Assembly: GCA_036388995.1 (NCBI GenBank)
Contig: DASVQU010000001.1
Location: 81-64,080, forward strand
Length of the DNA: 64,000 nt
Reading direction: 5' to 3'
Origin: Pyrinomonadaceae bacterium
GTDB taxonomy: Bacteria; Acidobacteriota; Blastocatellia; Pyrinomonadales; Pyrinomonadaceae
Part shown: piece after piece, positions 33,202 to 42,085 of the stretch
How positions within the stretch are numbered: the stretch's first letter is position 1
Layout: every line of letters starts with the position of its first letter
Position numbers and translations under genes: made by a program
Notes under the pieces: model-generated
What the model saw: only the letters and a program-made list of their open reading frames with translations
What the model was told of the DNA's origin: nothing
Databases searched by the model: none

Positions 33202-36159
33202 TTATTTTGTTGTGGCTTGTTCCAGTTTAATCAGAAAATTGTTTGCCTGCGCTTCGGCGAAAAGTTTTTTCAAGAGTTCGCCTTGTTTAAAATCAAAACG
33301 ATTTGTTTCGATGAATTTGGCAAGTTCTTCGGGTTTGGCTTCCGACGTAATTGCGCCTTGCATTTCGTTGGCAGTCAGACGCAGAACCGGAACGAATTTG
33401 ACCGATTTGCTGCCGCGACGGACATCAATCAGATTGCGGTACAAAATCATTTTTATCAGCCCGTCTTTGATGTCGCTCGTGTGCGTCAATTTTCCGCGCT
33501 GGGTGTGTTTTGATTCGATTAAATACAAGATTCCGTTTTCGTAAACCGCTTCGTCAACCGTCAGAAAATATTTGCCGCCGAGATAATCCGCGATTGTGAT
33601 GCGGCTTTTGGTTTGTGTCGGCATCGTTTCTTTGGGCTGGTCGGTTAGGAGTTCGCGCCGTTGTGCCTGCTGGGATTTTTGGCGGGAAAATTCTAAAAAC
33701 TGCACGATGTCGCCCGTTAATTTGCGCTCGAAATTTTCAACTCCCGCCGCGTCGTGCATTTTAACGCCGGTTGTTTCGGAGATTTTTTGATAAGCGGTTT
33801 TCGCCAGTTCGAGCGTTTGTTTTAAATTTTTCAGCTCGCGCAGATTCCACTCGAAAGCCGAAAGATTTGTCCGGCTCAGTTCTTTTAATTTCGTCTGGAT
33901 AAATTCGTTGTTAAATTGCTGCCCGATTAAACTGTCGGCGCGTCGAGGGCTTTTTTCCGCCCGGTCGTAATAACCCAAAACCGCGTAAACTTCCAGAAGA
34001 TTTAAAAGCGAAAAAGTGTCCCAGGCTAAAAAATCGCGCTCGCCCGATTGTCCTTCGTCTTTTAAGACCGGAATCACGGCGGCGCGTTTTTGATGTGCGA
34101 GAGTGTTGTAGAGGCGTTCGTAAGGATAAGAGCGTGTGCGTTTTGGGGAAACCCAGCGGCTGACGGCTACTTTTTTATCGCCGTCGGTTAAAACAAACGC
34201 TGGCGGAGCGCGATTTACATCGAGAGTGTCAAGCGGAAACTCGCGCAAATCTTCGGTTGCCGAAGGCTTATATTTTATTTGTTTGATTTCGCCCGTAATA
34301 TTTGAATCCTGCAAGCGGGCGGGCGCAAAAGAAGTTTTTTGAAAAACGGCGGGCGCGGTTTCTTGCGTTTCGATTTCTATTTTGCGACTTTGAAGGCGCG
34401 GCGGGACGGAAACGCTCGTTCCGAGCCGAACAAAAGCGTTTTCGCGTTTGACGGTTACGCGCGGCGCGGCTTTGGATTTTGACTGATAGGTCAAAGTGTA
34501 AGCCGTGCGAAGCTGCGCGACGACATCTTCGTAAACTTTTTGCAATTCTTCGATTTGGCGAATCGGGAAATAAACCCCGCCAGAAACTTCGGCGAGTCTT
34601 TTGGCTTCTTCTTCGGCTTTTGTCGTCAGAGTTAAATAACGATTTCTGAGCGGATCAATAGTCTGAGTTGATTCTTGAACGTTTGCCGCCGGAATCAAGC
34701 CCGAAGGCACGTAAAGCGGATAAATGAGCGCACCGGATTCTTCGATTGCGCCGAGCAGCGATTCAAACGGAATAAACGAGCGCGTATCGTCGCCGTCGGA
34801 AAGAATCACAATCGCCGTTCGCTCGCCGCGCAGGGGTTTTAAAGTTTCGACTAAGGTAAAAGCGAGCGAGTCGTAAAGCGCCGTGCCGCCGCCCGCGTCG
34901 AAAGTGTCGAGCGACTCGGAAAGCGCGCGCTTATTGCCGGAAAAATTCGATAAAACCTGCACGTCGTCGCGGAAAGTGATGATTGCGAGACTGTCTTGCG
35001 GGCTGACGGTGTTGATAAAATTGCGCGCGGCTTTGCGGATAAAATCAATGCGCTCTTCGACGCTCCCCGAAACGTCGAGCAGCAGGACAAGATTAAAAGG
35101 CGTTGCGGTTGATTGAAAATCGAGAATTTCTCGTTCAGCGCCGGCTTCAAAAATAGCGAAATCCTGTTTTGATAAACCGTTGACGGCGCGCCCGTTTTTG
35201 TCTGTGACGCTGACGTTTAATCGTCGCGCTGAATCCGAAGCGTTGGCGGGAGCACCCGGCGAATTAGGGCGTTTGACGATTGTCGGCTCGCTGCGAAACG
35301 GCGGCAGGGTTTTCGCATAATCGCCGAATCTTCGCGGGCTGACTTTGCGAATCGCATCGGTCAAAACCCGGTCGCCGCTTTGAATGATTGTTTTCGCGGC
35401 TCTCGTCAATTCTCGGTCGCGCAAATCCGAAGGCACTTCCGAAGGCGGGACGTTTAACAAAATCACTCCGCGCGCAGTTGTAAAATTCAACGAGATTAAG
35501 CGGTCTTCGGTCTTCGGTTTTCTGTCTTCGCTTTTTTTCTTTTTTTCTTTTTTGTCCGGTGTCGGTTGTGCCTCGTCGGTTGGTTCTTCTGTTTCATCGG
35601 ATTCTTCCGACTTTGGACTTTTTTTATCGGGTTCGTTTAATTCGCCTTTGACAGAGAATTTGCCGCCTGCTTTTTCTTTGACTTCGGCAAGTGTCAAATC
35701 GCTCAACAAAAGCGGGCGTCTTTCCGTCCAGAGAAAGTTGTATTTGATTGCTTCGGTCGGCACTTCAGCGTAAATTGTACCGGTTTCGGTTGTGACATCT
35801 GCCGATTCGAGATTTCCTCCCACTTCAACCGCGCCGTCTTTGCCAACGATTTTCAGCCGCGTCCGTTCCGGCACGCGCACAGTCAAATCAATGCGTCGCG
35901 CCGTTTCGCCGACTGTTATTGAAAGCACGCCTCGTTCGCTTTTTACAGTGACATCGGTTTCCGAAACCGGAGAATTCGGCGAATCGGCGGTCAAAAGAAT
36001 TTTGTCGCCCGTTTCTTCGGCGACGACGCGAATTGTTCCGCGCGTGTTCGTAATCGCAAGCTGCGGTCGAGCGCCGGTCGGAATCTCGTGCGAAATGCCC
36101 TGCGCGGCGGCGAAAGAGCAAAATAAAACGGTGAGAAATAATACTACTGCAAATCTCAT
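33202..36159 (-). CDS. 985-aa fusion: signal peptide + DUF4097-like beta region + K/E-rich spacer + acidobacterial-type VWA domain + C-terminal paralog of the 32105..33199 nuclease-like protein
   Basis: Signal peptide MRFAVVLFLTVLFCSFAAAQG. VWA/MIDAS motifs LLLDVSGS...GGGTALYDS...ILSDGDD, preceded by LNVSVTDKNGRAVNGLSKQDFAIFE (TIGR03436-like). Residues about 625-985 (nt about 33202..34287) align by eye with the whole 364-aa neighbour. Confidence 0.7.
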   Translation of the reverse strand: MRFAVVLFLTVLFCSFAAAQGISHEIPTGARPQLAITNTRGTIRVVAEETGDKILLTADSPNSPVSETDVTVKSERGVLSITVGETARRIDLTVRVPERTRLKIVGKDGAVEVGGNLESADVTTETGTIYAEVPTEAIKYNFLWTERRPLLLSDLTLAEVKEKAGGKFSVKGELNEPDKKSPKSEESDETEEPTDEAQPTPDKKEKKKKSEDRKPKTEDRLISLNFTTARGVILLNVPPSEVPSDLRDRELTRAAKTIIQSGDRVLTDAIRKVSPRRFGDYAKTLPPFRSEPTIVKRPNSPGAPANASDSARRLNVSVTDKNGRAVNGLSKQDFAIFEAGAEREILDFQSTATPFNLVLLLDVSGSVEERIDFIRKAARNFINTVSPQDSLAIITFRDDVQVLSNFSGNKRALSESLDTFDAGGGTALYDSLAFTLVETLKPLRGERTAIVILSDGDDTRSFIPFESLLGAIEESGALIYPLYVPSGLIPAANVQESTQTIDPLRNRYLTLTTKAEEEAKRLAEVSGGVYFPIRQIEELQKVYEDVVAQLRTAYTLTYQSKSKAAPRVTVKRENAFVRLGTSVSVPPRLQSRKIEIETQETAPAVFQKTSFAPARLQDSNITGEIKQIKYKPSATEDLREFPLDTLDVNRAPPAFVLTDGDKKVAVSRWVSPKRTRSYPYERLYNTLAHQKRAAVIPVLKDEGQSGERDFLAWDTFSLLNLLEVYAVLGYYDRAEKSPRRADSLIGQQFNNEFIQTKLKELSRTNLSAFEWNLRELKNLKQTLELAKTAYQKISETTGVKMHDAAGVENFERKLTGDIVQFLEFSRQKSQQAQRRELLTDQPKETMPTQTKSRITIADYLGGKYFLTVDEAVYENGILYLIESKHTQRGKLTHTSDIKDGLIKMILYRNLIDVRRGSKSVKFVPVLRLTANEMQGAITSEAKPEELAKFIETNRFDFKQGELLKKLFAEAQANNFLIKLEQATTK

Positions 36160-36166
36160 TATTTTC

Positions 36167-36265
36167 GAGTCCGGCGAGTCCGGCGAGTCTGGCGAGTCTG
36201 GCGAGTCAATTTGAATTTGTTTCTTTTGACTCGCTAGACTCTCGACTCGCCAGACTCGCCGGACT
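36167..36265. repeat. tandem-repeat-armed hairpin, type B (GAGTCYGGC)n, copy 2
   Basis: GAGTCCGGCGAGTCCGGCGAGTCTGGCGAGTCTGGCGAGTC - loop - GACTCGCTAGACTCTCGACTCGCCAGACTCGCCGGACT - TTTTT. The right arm encodes the last residues (SGESGESRV) and the stop of the kinase gene. Confidence 0.9.
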
Positions 36266-38546
36266 TTTTCGTATTGCGGCTCGTATGGCGACCCGATTGC
36301 GCGAGCTTTTCGCGCAAACGAAGCTGCCAGCGTTTTTGCGTGCGGTCGTTTTCTTCAAATTCGGTGAGCAATTCGCCCAAGCCTTCGCCGCCCGCTTGTC
36401 TGGATTTTAAGTATAAAAGACCCGTGATGACCGATGTGAGCGAGCTGAGGAGAACCAGAATCGGAAACCACAAGATTTGAAAAATCGCTTCATAAACCGT
36501 TTCCTGGAAAGATTTTTTTAGCTTTTTGTCCTCTTCGGTTTCCGGCTGCGCGGCGGCTTGAGCGGTTTGGTTTTGCTCTTCAAAGTCGGTTCCTATTGAA
36601 ACTTTGCTCTCCTCGCGCAGACGAATATTAACGCCGCCGGGGGTTTTTTCAACAACGAAAATATCATTTGATTTCATCAGCGACGAAACGAAAAGCGCTA
36701 AAGCACCCGATAACAAGAGAGGCGCGAAAAACGACAGCGAAAATGCGGCAACCGTGGTGCTGAGCGAGCGCCGAACAAGCTGAGAAGAACGCCGCAATGC
36801 CTGGCGACCGCGCAGGTTTTCCATCGCTACAACCGGCGAGACGAGATAAAAAAGCACGAAAACCCCGACTCCCAGCGAAAAACCGAGAAGCATAACGGCA
36901 ATCGAAAAAAACGACAAAATGCCTGTCGCAGCAGCGCCCCAATTAACCGAGACGCTAATGCCGAGCAAAATCGCGCCCGGAATTATCCCGACCATTAGCG
37001 CTAAAAATGCAATTAATGTAGTGATGGTTACAGTTCCGGCAAAACCGCGCCATCTGGTTTTCGCCGCCGCCAGAGCCTTTTTCCAATTGACGGGACGCAG
37101 CGGAACGGCTAAAAGCTGGGCGACGATCCACGTCGTCACGCCGAGCAGAATTGACGCGAAAAAGATGCCGACAAAAATTGAGGCAAATCCCAAAATGGCT
37201 GAGAAAATGCCCGCCACCGTCGAGGAAATGACGTTTTCGAAACGCAAAAAACTGATGGTAATCCGCGAAAAAGTAATCAGAAAGCTCGGCAATTGAAGCA
37301 GCAGGGAAAGCCACAAAAACGTCGGTAAATGCTCGCTGTAAATCACGAGCGCGCGGCGCAGCAGCATACCGATGCCTTCGCTCGACGCGCGCAGCTTGCT
37401 CGAAAAATCAATTGCCGATGCCGGACGCTCGTCCGCCCGTTTAGCCAGCGCCGAATGAATCGTCTGTTTTACCCGGCGACGCAGTTTTTTTGTTTCGAGC
37501 GGCGGCGGTTCAGTTTCCTGATGCGCTTTGATAACTTCGGTAAAATTGCCGGTAAAAGGCGTCGAGCCGGAAAGCATTTGATATGCGATAACGCCTAAAG
37601 AGTAAACGTCGGCGCGCGGATCGAGCCGCTCGCCCCGACATTGTTCCGGCGACATGTAAAGCGGCGTTCCCAAAACCGCGCCGACTCGCGTTAAAGCCGA
37701 CGAGGAACTGCCGACAGTTCTATTTTCAGCGCCGTTTGGAACGGATAAAATCTGTGTCGCAACCGCTTCCTGATTTGTCGCCGCGCCGCCGTTATTTTCG
37801 GCAACGGTCGCCCGCGACGACTGAAAAATTGCCGTTGCGCCTTCATCCGGATTTTGGATTTTGGATTTTGGATTTTGAATTTCAAAATTTAAGGTTGCGC
37901 CTTCGTCAATTTCGGTTGTTAAATTTGCAGAAAGAGCGACGGTTGCGCTTTCCAAATCAACCGAGTGAGAAGAAAGACTTTGCGCTTTAAACTTTTTACT
38001 TTGTACTTCTTCTTCGTCTTCGCTCATCGGCTCTTCGAGCTTGGCGATGCCGAAATCGAGAACTTTGACGGTGTAGCCGCCGCGCGAGTTCGGTTCGAGC
38101 CAGATGTTGTCGGGTTTTAAATCGCGGTGAATAATGCCTTGCCGGTGCGCTTCGGCGACCGCCGAGCAGGTTTGCTCCAAAATATCGAGCGTCCACGACA
38201 GCGGCAGGCTTTTTTCTTCTTCCAGAACTTCGCCCAGAGTGCAGCCGTCAAGATATTCCATCACAAGATAAGCCACGCGCCCCAGTTCTGTCTCGGCTAA
38301 ACCGAAATCGGTCACGTCAACGACGTTCGGATGACGCAGACGACCGGCGGCGCGGGCTTCGCGGCGAAAACGCTCGACAAATTCTTCGCGGCGCATAAAT
38401 TCGGGCGCGATAACTTTCAGAGCGACGGCGCGCTCCGTCCCTTCGTGCAGGGCGAGATACACCGCGCCCATACCGCCGCGCCCTATTTCGCGTTCGATTC
38501 TGTATTTGCCGTCGAGCGTTTGTCCGATTAAATTTGCCGCGTTCAT
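36234..38546 (-). CDS. Ser/Thr protein kinase with C-terminal polytopic membrane domain
   Basis: Kinase motifs GRGGMGAVY, ALKVI, HRDLKPDNIW, DFGIAK and GTPLYMSPEQ. The C-terminal half has about 6 TM helices. Confidence 0.85.
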   Translation of the reverse strand: MNAANLIGQTLDGKYRIEREIGRGGMGAVYLALHEGTERAVALKVIAPEFMRREEFVERFRREARAAGRLRHPNVVDVTDFGLAETELGRVAYLVMEYLDGCTLGEVLEEEKSLPLSWTLDILEQTCSAVAEAHRQGIIHRDLKPDNIWLEPNSRGGYTVKVLDFGIAKLEEPMSEDEEEVQSKKFKAQSLSSHSVDLESATVALSANLTTEIDEGATLNFEIQNPKSKIQNPDEGATAIFQSSRATVAENNGGAATNQEAVATQILSVPNGAENRTVGSSSSALTRVGAVLGTPLYMSPEQCRGERLDPRADVYSLGVIAYQMLSGSTPFTGNFTEVIKAHQETEPPPLETKKLRRRVKQTIHSALAKRADERPASAIDFSSKLRASSEGIGMLLRRALVIYSEHLPTFLWLSLLLQLPSFLITFSRITISFLRFENVISSTVAGIFSAILGFASIFVGIFFASILLGVTTWIVAQLLAVPLRPVNWKKALAAAKTRWRGFAGTVTITTLIAFLALMVGIIPGAILLGISVSVNWGAAATGILSFFSIAVMLLGFSLGVGVFVLFYLVSPVVAMENLRGRQALRRSSQLVRRSLSTTVAAFSLSFFAPLLLSGALALFVSSLMKSNDIFVVEKTPGGVNIRLREESKVSIGTDFEEQNQTAQAAAQPETEEDKKLKKSFQETVYEAIFQILWFPILVLLSSLTSVITGLLYLKSRQAGGEGLGELLTEFEENDRTQKRWQLRLREKLAQSGRHTSRNTKKSGESGESRV
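37834..37907. repeat. in-frame 60-nt insertion in the kinase linker: period-7 array (ATTTTGG)n flanked by a 14-nt direct repeat
   Basis: GTTGCGCCTTCATC (37834..37847) and GTTGCGCCTTCGTC (37894..37907) flank ATTTTGGATTTTGGATTTTGGATTTTGAATTTCAAAATTT. The protein reads DEGAT-LNFEIQNPKSKIQNP-DEGAT. Confidence 0.8.
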
Positions 38547-38735
38547 TTGTTCAAATCGGTCGTTAATCTTTGGCTGGTCTTAAGGAACTTTAACCGAAAA
38601 TCGCATTTCGAGCCAAACCGCCAGCCGAAATTAACATCGTAAACCGAACGCCGAAACGCGAAAACGGTTTCGGTAAAATTTACAACGAGAGCTAAATTTG
38701 CTACTTTCAAAACTTTGGTACGGAGACGAATCCGA

Positions 38736-39971
38736 ATGAATCTGAAACTAACTCGCCTGCATTTGCTCGATAAATCGAACGATTTCGCGCGAGATTTCAA
38801 ATCCGGCGTTTCACTGCATTGTCATACGCAGCATTCGCGCGAAATGTTGGATTTTATTCCGCATTACGCCGCGCAAATTCCGATTGTCAAGAATTTTTGG
38901 GAGCGCGAGCGCAAAAATTACCTTGAGCGTAATGGAAGAGAAATTGATTTTTCAGTAGGTTACTGGACACCGCCGCTCGCCGCCGAGGAAGTTTTTAATC
39001 TCGAACGCGGGCAAATCAACCGAATCGGACTGGAAGCAATCATTTCTTTAACCGATCACGACGAAATTTCGGCAAACAAAATCGTTCGCGGCGAAGTCGG
39101 AAACGCCGAAAATGCGCCGATTTCGCTTGAATGGACGGTGCCGTTTGAAGGCGGCTTTTTCCACGTCGGCGTTCATAATCTGCCGGAACAACGAGCCGAC
39201 GCGATTACCAAAGATTTACTCGATTTTACGTTTGCCGAAAAACGCGGTTTGATTTACGGCGAAAACCGTTTGGATGAACTATTCGGGCTTTTAAATGAAA
39301 TTCCCGAAGTTTTGGTGATTTTGAATCATCCGCTCTGGGACATCGAATTGTTCGGTAAAGAGCGACACCGAGTTTTGCTCAACGATTTTATTCAAAAACA
39401 CGGGCGGTGGATTCACGCTTTTGAGATCAACGGTTTCCGCAAATGGTCGGAAAACAAAGCCGTTCTGGAAATGGCTGATCAGTTAGGTTATCCGGTTGTG
39501 TCGGGCGGCGACCGACACGGCTGCCAGTGCAATTCGGTGGTTAATCTGACGACTGTTAAAACTTTCGGCGAATTCGCCGAGCAGATTCGGTTTGACAAAC
39601 GCAGCGAAGTTATTTTGATGCCGCATTATCGTCAGCCGCTCAATTGGAGACAGCTTCAGTCATTTGCGGAAATTTTGCAAAATTATCCAGAATTTGGCGC
39701 CGAGCGCAAGCATTGGCAGAACCGCGTGTATGCGAAAATTGACGAGCGCGGCACTAAACCTTTGTCGTTTTTCTGGGATCGCGGCGGACCGCGCTGGTTA
39801 AAAATGGCAACCTGGACGCTCGCGGCATTCGGCAGCCGCGCTTCGCGCCCGGCATTCGGTTTGATGGTAAAACGTAAAGACCGCTTGCCGAAATCATTCA
39901 ACGCTCCGGCTTTGGCGACAACGAGCGAAGAAGAACAGATATTGTCGGATTTATCGTCCGACGCGGTTTGA
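38736..39971 (+). CDS. PHP-domain-like metal-dependent phosphoesterase
   Basis: ATG at 38736; the track start 38715 is TTG. His/Asp motifs LHCHTQHS, LTDHD, LNHP and SGGDRHG fit the PHP superfamily pattern. Confidence 0.55.
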   Translation: MNLKLTRLHLLDKSNDFARDFKSGVSLHCHTQHSREMLDFIPHYAAQIPIVKNFWERERKNYLERNGREIDFSVGYWTPPLAAEEVFNLERGQINRIGLEAIISLTDHDEISANKIVRGEVGNAENAPISLEWTVPFEGGFFHVGVHNLPEQRADAITKDLLDFTFAEKRGLIYGENRLDELFGLLNEIPEVLVILNHPLWDIELFGKERHRVLLNDFIQKHGRWIHAFEINGFRKWSENKAVLEMADQLGYPVVSGGDRHGCQCNSVVNLTTVKTFGEFAEQIRFDKRSEVILMPHYRQPLNWRQLQSFAEILQNYPEFGAERKHWQNRVYAKIDERGTKPLSFFWDRGGPRWLKMATWTLAAFGSRASRPAFGLMVKRKDRLPKSFNAPALATTSEEEQILSDLSSDAV

Positions 39972-39978
39972 ATTTTTA

Positions 39979-40043
39979 CCACAGAGACACAGAGACACAG
40001 AGAGAAAAAACAATAAAAACTCTGTGTCTCTGTGTCTCTGTGG
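39979..40043. repeat. tandem-repeat-armed hairpin, type A, copy 3
   Basis: CCACAGAGACACAGAGACACAGAG - AGAAAAAACAATAAAAA - CTCTGTGTCTCTGTGTCTCTGTGG. Confidence 0.9.
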
Positions 40044-40061
40044 TTAATTTTTAAGGATAAT

Positions 40062-41270
40062 TTGCGAGTAGCGTTTTTTACAGATTCATATTTGGAAGTC
40101 AACGGCGTGGCGCTGACGAGCAAGCGGCTTGAAAATTTTGCTTTACGTCGCGGCTATCCTTTTCTGACGATTCACGCCGGAGCGAAAACGCAGATTACCA
40201 AAGAAGGCTCCGTCACGAGACAGGAATTAAAACGCAGCCCGCTGGCAATTCCGATGGACGCCGGGTTAAAATATGATCCACTGTTCGAGAGGCATCACGC
40301 GCGCGCCAAAAAACTCGTCGCCGAATTCAAACCCGACGTAATTCACATCACGGGCTTAAACGATGTCAGCATTTTAGGCGTTTATATCGCTTATAAAGCG
40401 TTTGACTACGAAATTCCGGTCATCGCTTCGTGGCACACGAATCTTCACGAATTTGCCGCCACCCGTTTGCGTCAAACCTTCCGGTTTGTGCCGAAAAAGC
40501 TGAGCGACCCGCTCATAAGTTTAGCCGAGCGCAAAATTTTCGACGGCGCGATGTTGTATTACAAAATGGGCAAAGTAATCTTAGCGCCGAATCAGGATTT
40601 GATTAACGCTTTGAAAAAAGGCACGCGGCGTTCGGCGCATTTGATGACGCGCGGAGTTGATACAGAGCTTTTCTCGCCGCAAAAACGGACAGTGAAAGAC
40701 GGAATTTTCCGGCTTGGTTTTGTCGGCAGACTTCAGCCCGAAAAAAACGTCCGGCTGCTGGTTGATTTGGAAAAAGAATTGATCAAAGCCGGAAAAACCG
40801 ATTACGAATTTTTGATTGTCGGCGACGGAAACCAGCGCGGCTGGCTTGAACAAAATTTTGAAAGAGCGAAATTTACCGGGTTTATAAAAGGCGAACAGCT
40901 CGCCGAGGCTTACGCAAATATGGACGCTTTCGTTTTTCCGTCGGAAACCGATGCTTTCGGAAACGTCGTGCAGGAAGCGTTTGCGTCGGGCGTTCCGGCG
41001 ATTGTCGCAAACGTCGGCGGACCGAAATACATCGTCCGGCACGGCGAAACGGGTTATGTCGCCGATAATTTAAATGATTACGCCCGCTTTGCTTTGCAGT
41101 TAATGAACAAACCGGAATTGCAGCGGGAAATGAGCCGCGCGGCGCGCGAATTTGCTCTGACGCGCTCGTGGGATTCGGTTTTTGAAAAGGTTTATCAGGC
41201 TTACGACGAGTGCCGGAATTATCGCCCGAAAACGGCGACTCCGAAAACTCGCGTCGCCTCTTTATCATGA
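40062..41270 (+). CDS. GT4-family glycosyltransferase (lipid-glycosyltransferase-like N-terminus)
   Basis: The track start 40032 is a GTG inside the repeat. TTG at 40062 gives (M)RVAFFTDSYLEVNGVA, the usual GT4 N-terminus. C-terminal motif FVFPSETDAFGNVVQEAFASGVPAIV. Confidence 0.75.
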   Translation: MRVAFFTDSYLEVNGVALTSKRLENFALRRGYPFLTIHAGAKTQITKEGSVTRQELKRSPLAIPMDAGLKYDPLFERHHARAKKLVAEFKPDVIHITGLNDVSILGVYIAYKAFDYEIPVIASWHTNLHEFAATRLRQTFRFVPKKLSDPLISLAERKIFDGAMLYYKMGKVILAPNQDLINALKKGTRRSAHLMTRGVDTELFSPQKRTVKDGIFRLGFVGRLQPEKNVRLLVDLEKELIKAGKTDYEFLIVGDGNQRGWLEQNFERAKFTGFIKGEQLAEAYANMDAFVFPSETDAFGNVVQEAFASGVPAIVANVGGPKYIVRHGETGYVADNLNDYARFALQLMNKPELQREMSRAAREFALTRSWDSVFEKVYQAYDECRNYRPKTATPKTRVASLS

Positions 41271-42082
41271 AAGAAATAACGTTCGATACAAACCCGCCTA
41301 TCGTGCAAACAAACACAATCAGCGAGGCATTTGCGAGCGTCGGACGCGATCCGGCGCAGCTTTTTCGTCAATGGAATTATAAAGGCGCAGTTCTGAGCGG
41401 AACGATGCGCGCTCCCATCTTTTTCATCACCTATTTAATCGGCAGAGAAAGCATCAAAATCGCGCTCGCCGCCGCCTTTGCGCAATTCGTTTTCCGCTTT
41501 TTCTTTGCGGGTTTGAGCAGCGCTTTGATTCAAAAATTCCGCCGCGTCGAACCGGCTTGGAAAGCTCTGCTCGCCGTAATGCTTTTGATTCCGGCAATCA
41601 GCCACATTTTTGAGTTTGCAGTGCAATACGGTTTTGCTCATTTTACTCAAACCGGCGACCACACCGACGAAGCAATTTTACGTTCAATCAGTATTTCTAT
41701 TATTTCGGCGCTGTTCGGTTTGTTTGCAATGCGGCGCGATGTGATGATAGTCGGCGAAGAAGAAAGCAAATCAATTTGGAGCGATTTGAGCAGGCTGCCG
41801 AGATTAATTTTTATTTTCGTCGGTTTTATCCCGATGGAAATCGCCAAAATGCTTCGGCGCGGGGCTTATTTGGCAGCCGCTTGCAGCGTTCTCGGTTTCG
41901 GCGTTTTCGCGCAGATTCTCGGCTGGGCTGTAATCAGCAAGCCTTTATGGACTTACAACAAAGGCAAATGGACGATTTTCTCGTTTTGGGGAATTGACGG
42001 AATGATTTTGCTTCTGCTGTGCCTAATTCCCGCCGCGCTTTATCTGAGAAGCACGACAAAATCATCCGAAGACGTTTCATAA
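41267..42082 (+). CDS. polytopic membrane protein (hypothetical)
   Basis: ATG at 41267 overlaps the upstream stop (ATGA). About 6 hydrophobic helices. No family recognised. Confidence 0.55.
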   Translation: MKEITFDTNPPIVQTNTISEAFASVGRDPAQLFRQWNYKGAVLSGTMRAPIFFITYLIGRESIKIALAAAFAQFVFRFFFAGLSSALIQKFRRVEPAWKALLAVMLLIPAISHIFEFAVQYGFAHFTQTGDHTDEAILRSISISIISALFGLFAMRRDVMIVGEEESKSIWSDLSRLPRLIFIFVGFIPMEIAKMLRRGAYLAAACSVLGFGVFAQILGWAVISKPLWTYNKGKWTIFSFWGIDGMILLLLCLIPAALYLRSTTKSSEDVS

Positions 42083-42085
42083 AAA

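Noticed and set aside
35792-36214. Plus-strand ORF ending in ESGESGESGESGES, plus many other antisense or shadow ORFs in the track (e.g. 13194..13733, 6520..7005, 11818..12279, 18699..19274, 23509..24201, 49070..49543, 61583..62032)
   Set aside because: They lie entirely within longer ORFs on the opposite strand that carry clear family motifs. They are Arg/Ser/Pro-rich or low-complexity and have no recognisable domains, which is typical of shadow frames.
38547-38735. CCGAAA/AACCGAA direct repeats and a CCGAAAC...GTTTCGG hairpin upstream of the PHP gene, considered as a Pho-box-like operator
   Set aside because: There is no match to the known PhoB consensus and the repeats are short and degenerate. 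I cannot distinguish them from chance without comparative data. The track ORF 38543..38800 on the minus strand there is also unsupported.
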